From an uncultured Bacilli bacterium (lineage in GTDB: Bacteria; Bacillota_I; Bacilli_A; RF39; UBA660), in assembly GCA_944363695.1 (NCBI GenBank), contig CALVUW010000001.1, positions 1-33,585 on the forward strand: 33,585 bases of DNA, in the 5' to 3' direction. The first letter of the stretch is position 1. Every line of letters begins with the position of its first letter. This document shows positions 9,228-16,790 of this stretch, one piece after another. The translations under genes and the position numbers were made by a program. The notes under the pieces were generated by a model. It was not told where the DNA came from. It did no database searches and worked only from the letters and a program-made list of their open reading frames with translations.

Positions 9228-9752
9228 CTAGTCCCTCTTAAGCAAAAACTCTAAACTTTTGACTTTAGTGTCAGTATCTTCAGAAAGTGAAGAATCAAAT
9301 ACAAAACCTCTACCGCCATTTGCAATCCAACCATCTATGTTTTTGGTAGAATCATCAATAAGAAGTTGATTGTTCGGTATTACGATTTGATGTTTCTTGA
9401 TTCCAGGAGGAACAAAAAACACCGGGCATTGAATATTTCTGTGCAATCTTAAATCTTCAATTTTGACTTTCATTTCATAGAGTGTATGAATTTTTGTTAA
9501 AATTGCTATTTTCTTTTTTAACATTTCTAAATTACGAATTATTTCTACTGAATCATTAATAGAGCAAGCTTCTCTAATAATATAATCCCATTCTTCAGGA
9601 TGTAAAGTTGTATACTCAAAATATGCATCAAACTCAGTTTTATTGTTATGGTCACGAAAACCCAAATTATATTTTCTTTCAAGCATCTTCTCTTCAGAGT
9701 CCAACACAACTCCATCAAAATCAATAAAAGTGTAATCATTCATCATAATCAT
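9228..9752 (-). CDS. Small HAD-like hydrolase, 5'(3')-deoxyribonucleotidase (NT5C)-like
   Basis: Motif I is FIDFDGVVLDS. The C-terminal LLIDDSTKNIDGW resembles the YLIDDNP block of YorS/YqfW-type NT5C proteins. Size is 174 aa. Confidence 0.55.
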   Translation of the reverse strand: MIMMNDYTFIDFDGVVLDSEEKMLERKYNLGFRDHNNKTEFDAYFEYTTLHPEEWDYIIREACSINDSVEIIRNLEMLKKKIAILTKIHTLYEMKVKIEDLRLHRNIQCPVFFVPPGIKKHQIVIPNNQLLIDDSTKNIDGWIANGGRGFVFDSSLSEDTDTKVKSLEFLLKRD

Positions 9753-9783
9753 ATTCCTCCTGAATGCATTATAACACGCAAAA

Positions 9784-9811
9784 TTGAAATATTTCGTCTT
9801 TTTTATTTCAA
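9784..9811. promoter_or_regulatory. Inverted repeat TTGAAAT-N14-ATTTCAA spanning the WYL-regulator stop codon, ~30 nt upstream of the next gene start
   Basis: The 7-bp arms lie at 9784-9790 and 9805-9811. On the minus-strand transcript the repeat is followed by TTTT. It could be a weak terminator/attenuator or an operator for the 6-gene downstream block. Confidence 0.3.
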
Positions 9812-10393
9812 ACTGTTAATTCTTTTTAACTCAAAATGACGAATGTCATTTCTCAATTCGCAAAAAGCTGTAACATAATAATCTTCTTTGTACTTAAAAA
9901 AATGTAATGGATGAATAATTCGTGTGGATTGACCGCCATCAATATCGTTATATATTATTTCAACTTTATCGGACCTACTTATCGCATCTTTAATAATTTT
10001 TTCTATTTCATTAGGAGAATCGATATTTACATTTGAAATATATTTACTTTTTTCATCATAAATCGAATACATTTTTTTAGCTTTATCTAAAAACTCTTTA
10101 TATTTATTTAAATAATCAAATTGACTTTTTTCTAAAATGCTATATATATTATCTAATAATTGAATATCGTATTTATTAATGCAAGTATAGTTTTTAATTT
10201 TATCAATCATAAAATATCCACCATTTGGTCCCTTAAACGATTCAATTGCAATTCCATTATTGCAAATTTCATTTTTATAATATCTGATCATTCGTTCAGT
10301 AACACCAATTTCTTCAGATAATTCTTTTAGGGTATATATATTACCAGTATTTAATAAATCAATCATATATAACATATTTGATAATTTTCCCAT
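9803..10393 (-). CDS. HTH-WYL domain transcriptional regulator (short form, 196 aa)
   Basis: The N-terminal winged HTH reads YTLKELSEEIGVTERMIRYYKNEI, as in HTH_11/DeoR-N regulators. The C-terminal WYL-type block reads KVEIIYNDIDGGQSTRIIHPLHFFKYKEDYYVTAFCELRNDIRHFELKRI. Confidence 0.75.
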   Translation of the reverse strand: MGKLSNMLYMIDLLNTGNIYTLKELSEEIGVTERMIRYYKNEICNNGIAIESFKGPNGGYFMIDKIKNYTCINKYDIQLLDNIYSILEKSQFDYLNKYKEFLDKAKKMYSIYDEKSKYISNVNIDSPNEIEKIIKDAISRSDKVEIIYNDIDGGQSTRIIHPLHFFKYKEDYYVTAFCELRNDIRHFELKRINSLK

Positions 10394-10446
10394 AATACCA
10401 CTCCATTAACAACTATTATAGCATTTTTATATCTTATCTACTTACC

Positions 10447-10520
10447 ATTTTTAGCAAGCAAATTACTAAAACTCCACGAAAAATATTAATTAAACCGTGC
10501 TTTTTTATTCTTGTTATAAT
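10447..10520 (-). pseudogene. Non-coding relic of a second kinase-SIS gene (matches 3950-4020 of the intact gene)
   Basis: A 26-nt identical core, ccacgaaaaatattaattaaaccgtg, occurs at 10474-10499 and at 3976-4001. Flanking sequence is similar on both sides. The relic lies in the 191-nt gap upstream of the WYL gene. Confidence 0.6.
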
Positions 10521-10572
10521 ATTTTCCACATTTCACTCCAAAACAATTTCATTATAAATTTTGATAAATATT

Positions 10573-10596
10573 AAAAAGCAAGATCTAATAATCTTG
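10573..10596 (-). terminator. Weak intrinsic terminator overlapping the stop of the 228-aa HAD gene
   Basis: The minus-strand transcript reads CAAGAT-tattag-ATCTTG followed by CTTTTTAATATTT. The stem is only 6 bp. Confidence 0.35.
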
Positions 10597-11271
10597 TTCA
10601 TTATCAATATCTTCTATTAATTGATTTAATTCCCCATATAGTTTAGAAGCTGCTTTTTTGGTTTCTTCTTTCGCTGTGATTAAAGAGTACCCATTATAAT
10701 GCAGAATCATTTTAATATCATTTATATCATCACCTATTGTGTAAATGCTTTTAGCATCTATTTTCTCTAAATTTTGTATAATCTTTATTATATCCGATTT
10801 GTTGCACTTTTCATTAATTACTTTTATTTTGGGATATTTATATTCAACAAACGATTTCGTTAGATTATTATCTAAATATTCTTTTATTTGTTCAAAATCT
10901 TTTAAGTTATCAAAATATATGTTTGCTGAAGATATTAATTTACTATTACAAGGATTTCTAAAAAAAACTTTGTCCCCTAACTTCATTAAAATTTCTAAAT
11001 CTGCTCCTTCAATAGGTAAACAAAACAACAAATTATAACTACCATCATATAATTCTGCTCCGTTATTAGCACATAGATAACTAAACTTAATATTGTTTTC
11101 TATTAACGTTTTGTATATAGCATCAAAATGTCTTCCAGTTGCTATACAAACAAGGTTTTTTTTCATAAATTTGTTTATTGCTCTTATATTTCTTTTTAAA
11201 ATGGAAATATTATCAGTAAAATCATAATGCAACTCTAATGTATTGTCATAATCAGTGACTAATAGTTTCAT
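10585..11271 (-). CDS. HAD-superfamily Cof-type phosphatase
   Basis: Motif I is LLVTDYDNTLE, motif II is ATGR, and motif IV is IGDDINDIKM. Size is 228 aa. Confidence 0.75.
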   Translation of the reverse strand: MKLLVTDYDNTLELHYDFTDNISILKRNIRAINKFMKKNLVCIATGRHFDAIYKTLIENNIKFSYLCANNGAELYDGSYNLLFCLPIEGADLEILMKLGDKVFFRNPCNSKLISSANIYFDNLKDFEQIKEYLDNNLTKSFVEYKYPKIKVINEKCNKSDIIKIIQNLEKIDAKSIYTIGDDINDIKMILHYNGYSLITAKEETKKAASKLYGELNQLIEDIDNEQDY

Positions 11272-11272
11272 A

Positions 11273-11956
11273 TTATTCCTTAGGTTGGAACTCTAAAACA
11301 TTCCCAAACAATTCTAATTTATTAGTACGTCTATCATAAATCATTGCGCCATCATCAAAAATTGCATATACATTTTTCTTTTTATTATTAGCCACTTTTT
11401 GTAGCTTTTCTAAATATCTCTTATTATTTATTGAATGAACATCTATATAAAATGGATCATCTAAAACTCCAAAGCCATCATAAAAAGCAAAATATTTGTA
11501 GTAATTATTTTTAGCAGTAATAAAATATCTTTTTAATTGCAAATCTGCACCGGCACTAAATCCAATAATAATTCCTTTATAATGTTTAATGTTATATAAA
11601 ATTTCAGTTTCCTGAGTCACCTTACTATATAACATTTCTGGATTACCACCAGTTATTACTAATATATCGCTATCATCTATTATCGTTTTAAAGTTTCCAT
11701 AATTATCTTTATCATAACAATTCAAAACAGTTATATTTTCTTCGCTAATTCCTAATTTTAATAATGATCCAACATATTTGTTATATCTTCTTCCTCCTTG
11801 TGGGAACCATTCCTCATCAAATGTTTTCTTATCTATTTCTGTAGGAAAAGCCCAAGCAATAATTACAGCCTTTTGTGTAGGATTAATCATTTTTTTTAAT
11901 TTACTTTCAACTAGTTCCATTCCTTTTTCGTATTCGCTTAATAATACACTATACAT
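11273..11956 (-). CDS. Peptidase S51 (dipeptidase E/cyanophycinase)-like class-I amidotransferase-fold hydrolase
   Basis: ILVITGGNPEML parallels the PepE GGGNTF block. The nucleophile block IIIGFSAGADLQ parallels GWSAGAN. A downstream His is present in IDVHS. Confidence 0.65.
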   Translation of the reverse strand: MYSVLLSEYEKGMELVESKLKKMINPTQKAVIIAWAFPTEIDKKTFDEEWFPQGGRRYNKYVGSLLKLGISEENITVLNCYDKDNYGNFKTIIDDSDILVITGGNPEMLYSKVTQETEILYNIKHYKGIIIGFSAGADLQLKRYFITAKNNYYKYFAFYDGFGVLDDPFYIDVHSINNKRYLEKLQKVANNKKKNVYAIFDDGAMIYDRRTNKLELFGNVLEFQPKE

Positions 11957-11960
11957 TAAA

Positions 11961-12659
11961 TTACCTTCTTTCTAATTTTAATCTTTTTACACTCTCTTGC
12001 ATATTTAATTGTTTTTTTAAGGTTTTTTCCGTATCCTTATAAAAATTAACGTTTTCTGTTATAGGCATATTTATTATATCATATAATTGCTTTCTTTTAT
12101 CATCTGACATTTTAGTTAAATATGTGAGAATTGTTTCATCATATAATATTTCCTTTTTTTGCCACTTTGTATTAAATAATATAAATAATTTTCTTAATTC
12201 TTCATTATCTATAAAATTTGGATTTTGTAAAATACTACTAATATTTGTTATATATGGCGTACCAATTAATATTGTATTATTTTCTGGAGATAAACATTTT
12301 TCTAATACACTCACCAGAAATAATTGGTAAACCATTCTATTACCAGATACAACAATCTTTTCTGTTTCTTCAAAAGTATTTAAATATGTCTCCCATAAAA
12401 AATCTATATCAATATTATATCTAGTTCCATTATAAACCATTGTAACCCCTGTATTCCTTTTCCGAGAAATTGTCGTATATGAATTCAAAACAGTTTGTTC
12501 ATAAGTTTTAATATCTTTATTTAAATATCCTGGAAGAATACTTATATCTTGTAATTGAATACCATTGGGAGCAAAAACTAATACTTTTTCCTGGTACTCT
12601 TTGCAAATTGATCCACACTGCTTACATACTAACTTATCTTTATCATAATAAAATTTCAA
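11961..12659 (-). CDS. Cys-knuckle protein of unknown function. The frame continues upstream to an ATG at 12935 if two homopolymer frameshifts are corrected.
   Basis: The ORF-track start is a TTG. The same frame stays open upstream and reads ...IWWYDIENIPKLLKNVETLIKKGYIFELDSSIYRCECGIVEIEKDKINTCNPNN-LKFYYDKDKLVCKQCGS, which gives CxC plus CxxC knuckles. See the finding on this gene for the frameshifts. Confidence 0.6.
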   Translation of the reverse strand: MKFYYDKDKLVCKQCGSICKEYQEKVLVFAPNGIQLQDISILPGYLNKDIKTYEQTVLNSYTTISRKRNTGVTMVYNGTRYNIDIDFLWETYLNTFEETEKIVVSGNRMVYQLFLVSVLEKCLSPENNTILIGTPYITNISSILQNPNFIDNEELRKLFILFNTKWQKKEILYDETILTYLTKMSDDKRKQLYDIINMPITENVNFYKDTEKTLKKQLNMQESVKRLKLERR

Positions 12660-12984
12660 ATTATTGGGATTACAAGTATTAATTTTATCCTTCTCGATTT
12701 CTACAATACCACATTCGCATCTATATATACTAGAATCCAGTTCAAAGATATATCCTTTTTTTATTAAAGTTTCTACATTTTTTAATAATTTCGGAATATT
12801 TTCTATATCATACCACCATATTTTTTTGTCAAATTATATATACATTCCTGCATTTTTTCATAATCTTTTTTGTTTACATTAATTATATAAGTATCGTATT
12901 GATTAATACTTTCAAAATCAAAATTTTTTTTCATAAATACACCCATATTTATTAGTTTTTATATTTTATGATTATAGACGTTAT

Positions 12985-13080
12985 ACCGCCTTCACTTTTT
13001 GTTATAGTCATCAACTTTAACTTTGTTAATAAAAATTCATTACCTGCTCATTAAAATAATGATTTCAAACTTATTTTTAC
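12985..13080 (-). pseudogene. Decayed relic of a second kinase-SIS gene (matches ~4905-5040 of the intact gene)
   Basis: Shared strings are gctcattaaaat (13046-13057 and 5006-5017), atttcaaacttattttta (13062-13079, ending at 5040 in the intact gene) and gttatagtcat (13002-13012 and 4918-4928). The relic translates as KNKFEII...MTITKSEGGITSII against KNKFEIIN...MTITRGENGATFIY in the intact gene. It has stops and an internal deletion. Confidence 0.65.
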
Positions 13081-13107
13081 TAACTCTTTTTCAAAGCTTT
13101 TATTTCA

Positions 13108-14340
13108 TTAAGAAATTTTTGTTTTCCTCAGACTGAGCAAGGCACAACATTCAACATGATATGTCTCAGGGAATTCATCCACTAATTTAATATCTTCTAA
13201 TTGATATTGTTCTGCCAACATTTGTAAATCACGAGCTAATGTTAATGGATTACAAGAAACATAAATAATCTTTTTTGGCAAAAGCTCCAGTAATTGGCTA
13301 CGGGTTACCTCATCCAATCCGGCTCTTGGTGGATCGACAACTACAAAATCTAAAGGCGTTGTAATCAACGGCAAAATAGCAGCCGTACTACCAGCATAAA
13401 AGATAACATTATCAACTTTATTAATATGAGCATTTTCTCTAGCACTCATAATAGCTTGCTCATTTATTTCAACACCAATCACTTGCTTAGCCACTTCTGC
13501 CAATAACAAAGTCATGGTACCAGTTCCACAATATAAATCAAGAATGACTTGCTCTTGCTCTTTTGGAATCCAGTCAATCACTTGTTGATATATCTTACGC
13601 ATTCCTAAATCATTCACTTGGAAAAATGCATCACCTGCAACCATAAAACGCTTGCCAAAAATAGTTGTTTCTAATGACCTTACTCCTGCTATTAAACGAT
13701 TATTATAATAAAGAGAATCGACATACGTACTAAAATAATTGATAATAACAGCTTCATCAGCTTTACCTTTTAAACAAAGCATAATCTTTCTATCCAACAC
13801 TCGCATAACCGCTTGATTTAGACCACGATTTGTTTCTATAAAAGTTTTTATAACAGGTATCAACTTTTCAATAGCAGGATCTAAAATAGGACAAGTTGTA
13901 ATTGGAAATAAACGATGCGTCTTATTTTGATAAAATCCTAATTGATTTCCTTCTATATGTAAAGTAACCTTATTTCGATAAGCTTTCGGTTTCGTTGCCA
14001 TAATTGGTGGTAATTCTTCTAGTTTAATTGATGCATAACGCTCTAATTGATTTTTTACTAATTCTTGCTTGTATTCTAATTGTTCTTCATATGATAAATG
14101 TTGCAACTGGCAACCACCACACTTCCCATAATAAGGACAAAAAGATGGCGTATCACTTGGTAACGGCAACAATTTTCCTACAGCATAATTTTTCTTCTGC
14201 TCCACTATCTCTATCTCAACTGTTTCGCCTTTTTTAGTATATGGTACAAAAACAACTTTACCATCGATTTTAGCAATTCCTCTGCCTAAATGATCATACG
14301 CTTCTATTTTAACCTTCATAGTAACTCCTTTGTTATTCAT
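13108..14340 (-). CDS. rlmD: 23S rRNA (uracil-5-)-methyltransferase, RumA/RlmD/RlmCD family
   Basis: Has a TRAM-like N-terminus and the Fe-S cysteine block CPYYGKCGGCQLQH. The SAM motif is LDLYCGTGT, followed by VVDPPRAG, the catalytic YVSCNPLTLARD and a C-terminal FPETYHVE. The likely true start is M8 (14319). Confidence 0.85.
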   Translation of the reverse strand: MNNKGVTMKVKIEAYDHLGRGIAKIDGKVVFVPYTKKGETVEIEIVEQKKNYAVGKLLPLPSDTPSFCPYYGKCGGCQLQHLSYEEQLEYKQELVKNQLERYASIKLEELPPIMATKPKAYRNKVTLHIEGNQLGFYQNKTHRLFPITTCPILDPAIEKLIPVIKTFIETNRGLNQAVMRVLDRKIMLCLKGKADEAVIINYFSTYVDSLYYNNRLIAGVRSLETTIFGKRFMVAGDAFFQVNDLGMRKIYQQVIDWIPKEQEQVILDLYCGTGTMTLLLAEVAKQVIGVEINEQAIMSARENAHINKVDNVIFYAGSTAAILPLITTPLDFVVVDPPRAGLDEVTRSQLLELLPKKIIYVSCNPLTLARDLQMLAEQYQLEDIKLVDEFPETYHVECCALLSLRKTKIS

Positions 14341-14365
14341 TATAATGATTTTTAAAAAAATTGTA

Positions 14366-14372
14366 CATACTA
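14366..14372 (+). promoter_or_regulatory. Possible forespore sigma-G/F-type -10 element (CATACTA) ahead of the ger operon
   Basis: CATACTA fits the CATxHTA -10 consensus and lies 20 nt before the ATG, with AAAGGAG between them. I could find no convincing GHATR -35 at the expected spacing. Confidence 0.25.
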
Positions 14373-14391
14373 AACTTAAAAGGAGACTTTT

Positions 14392-15813
14392 ATGGAAACA
14401 GTTGAAATGATCAAAAAAGCGTTTGGAAATAGTAGTGACTTAATTGTACGTCCTTTTTATTGGGATCAAGTAGAAGTAACCCTGGTTGAATGTGAAACTT
14501 TAACCAGTTCAACTTTCGTTAATGAATACATTCTGCAACGATTAACTAGGCTAACATTAACACCACAAAATAAAGAAACAGCTTTATTCAATCTGTTACC
14601 AAATAATTCAATTACCATCCTTAACGATGTTCAGCAGATGTATGATTATATTTGCAAAGGCTTTGCCTTATTAGTTTATGACGAGAAAAAAGCAATGGCT
14701 ATTGAAGCGAAAGCAGACCTAGACCGTGGTATTGGTCAAAGTGATAGCGAAAGTACCGTTCGCGGTAGCAAAGATGCTTTTAATGAAAATCTTAATACCA
14801 ACGTAGGGCTGATTAGAAGAAGAATACGCAGTGAACATTGTTATTTAGATAGTCTTTATATTGGCAAACAAACCAGAACGAAAATAGGTATTATGTATAT
14901 GAATACGATTGTAGAGTCCAAAAATGTGGACACGATAAAGAAAAGATTACAAAAAATTAATACCGATGGTATTTTAGATAGTGGCGTCTTAAAAGGTTAT
15001 TTAGAAGATAAACATAATTTCTTTTTTCCCACTGTTATGGCAACAGAACGTCCCGATAAAGTCTCTCAAGCATTACTAGAAGGAAAAATTGCCGTCATTG
15101 CTGATAACTCACCCTATGTATTATTAACACCTAGTTTTTTTGTTGATTATCTACATGCTTCAGATGACTATTATCAAAAATCTTTTAATATTTCTTTTTT
15201 GCGCATCTTACGATTTTTAGCTTTTTTAATTTCTATTTTTGTACCAGCTATTTATATCGCTGTCACTACTCATAACCAAGATGCCATCCCCTTAAATTTA
15301 TTATTAAACTTTACGAACCAACGACAAAGTGTGCCCTTTTCAGCTTTAGTAGAAGCTTTATTTATGAGTATTTCCTTTGAAATTTTACGCGAAAGTGATA
15401 TTAGAAAACCAGCAGCCATGGGCAGTGCTGTTTCTATTTTAGGTGGTCTCATCTTAGGAGATGCCGCTGTAGCAGCAGGCATTATTTCACCCATTATGAT
15501 TATTGTTATCTCAATTTCTGCTATTTCTGGTCTAGCCTTTTCTTCAATGGAAATGATCGCTGCTCTTCGTTCTCTTCGCTTTTTAATGATGGTATTTGCT
15601 ATGTTCTTTGGAGTATTTGGTATTTATTGTGGTGGATTTATTTTATTAGCTAGCCTTAGTACTACTTCTACACTATCGCTTCCTTATCTAGCACCCGTCT
15701 CACCGTTTATCAAAGAAGAAATTGGTGATTCAATCATTAAAACCAAACGAAAAAAAGTGAAAAAGAGAAATCCTTTATTAACAAAAAATACAACGAGAGG
15801 AAGAGATGTATGA
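14392..15813 (+). CDS. Spore germination protein, GerA (A-subunit) family
   Basis: A soluble N-domain contains RGSKDAFNENLNTNVGLIRRRI, followed by a C-terminal multi-span membrane region. At 473 aa it has the typical A-subunit length. Confidence 0.85.
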   Translation: METVEMIKKAFGNSSDLIVRPFYWDQVEVTLVECETLTSSTFVNEYILQRLTRLTLTPQNKETALFNLLPNNSITILNDVQQMYDYICKGFALLVYDEKKAMAIEAKADLDRGIGQSDSESTVRGSKDAFNENLNTNVGLIRRRIRSEHCYLDSLYIGKQTRTKIGIMYMNTIVESKNVDTIKKRLQKINTDGILDSGVLKGYLEDKHNFFFPTVMATERPDKVSQALLEGKIAVIADNSPYVLLTPSFFVDYLHASDDYYQKSFNISFLRILRFLAFLISIFVPAIYIAVTTHNQDAIPLNLLLNFTNQRQSVPFSALVEALFMSISFEILRESDIRKPAAMGSAVSILGGLILGDAAVAAGIISPIMIIVISISAISGLAFSSMEMIAALRSLRFLMMVFAMFFGVFGIYCGGFILLASLSTTSTLSLPYLAPVSPFIKEEIGDSIIKTKRKKVKKRNPLLTKNTTRGRDV

Positions 15814-16790
15814 AAAAAATATTACTAATCGGCTGTCTTTTATTTCTTCTTAGTGGTACACCCTATACAGAATTAAATAATATTCGCATTGTTGATACTA
15901 TTGGTATTGGTAAAACTGAAGATGGGTATTATCTATATATTAGAACGGTACCAACCAATAACGACGACGAAACGGTATATCGCGTGGAAGGAAAAAGTCT
16001 TGGTTCTTTATTTCAAGAAACAACAAAATTAGCTTATAAAACCGCTTATTACAAACATTTAGGAACCGTCATCATCGAAAGTTCACTTTTAGAAGCAAAC
16101 AGTCAAGAAATTATTTATTTTTTAAAAGAAAAATTTACCCAAATCAATTACTTATTACTAACCACACCAGACTTAGCTGCCTTTTTTGCTACTGATATAG
16201 ATACCTATGACTTAGAACAGTTTATAAAACAGGAACAAGCCACCAATGGAACGATTCACATTCTAACATTTGATCAACTATATGCCAACTTTTTAGATCC
16301 CTTGGAACAAGCCGCTATTCCTCAGATTCGAGTTCAAAATCAAGAAATAAATGTCGCTGGATTACAAATTATTGATGAAAGCACAGTACTTAATCAACAA
16401 CAAGCTAGAAGTCACTATCTATTAAGTGATCAATTAACTAAGTTCCAGCAAACCATTACATTAGATCAGCAAGCTTACAATTTACAACTATATAACTTGG
16501 GCACTACCATCCGTTATCAAAATAATACACTAACCATTAAGATAAAGGGAATGCTTGATAGTGACGATTTTGTCGCTAATTATAAGAAACGACTAGAAGA
16601 AGCCATAACCAAACAGTTAACAGATGAAATAATAGCATTGCTAGCCGAGCAGCAACAAGAAAAAGCTACTACTACGCCTATTATCAACACTATTTATCGA
16701 AAAATTAGGAATCAAAAACGAAGTATCGAGGCCTTTCACAAAGCAACTTTAATCATTGATATAAATTGGCAATGGAAGGGAGAGATTTAA
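15810..16790 (+). CDS. Spore germination lipoprotein, Ger(x)C family
   Basis: Has a signal peptide with the lipobox LLIGC. The start overlaps the A-subunit stop by 4 nt. Size (326 aa) and position fit a C subunit. Confidence 0.7.
   Translation: MKKILLIGCLLFLLSGTPYTELNNIRIVDTIGIGKTEDGYYLYIRTVPTNNDDETVYRVEGKSLGSLFQETTKLAYKTAYYKHLGTVIIESSLLEANSQEIIYFLKEKFTQINYLLLTTPDLAAFFATDIDTYDLEQFIKQEQATNGTIHILTFDQLYANFLDPLEQAAIPQIRVQNQEINVAGLQIIDESTVLNQQQARSHYLLSDQLTKFQQTITLDQQAYNLQLYNLGTTIRYQNNTLTIKIKGMLDSDDFVANYKKRLEEAITKQLTDEIIALLAEQQQEKATTTPIINTIYRKIRNQKRSIEAFHKATLIIDINWQWKGEI

Noticed and set aside
12664-12882. A 72-aa plus-strand ORF lies in the apparent gap upstream of the Cys-knuckle gene.
   Set aside because: The opposite strand carries the recognisable, frameshifted 5' extension of that gene (IWWYDIENIPKLL...YRCECG). 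The plus-strand product is low-complexity.
3603-13080. The AT-rich island might be a prophage, ICE or transposon.
   Set aside because: It has no integrase, transposase, replication, structural or conjugation genes. I found no terminal direct or inverted repeats by eye at 3456-3602 or 13081-13107. All products look like small-molecule enzymes plus one regulator.
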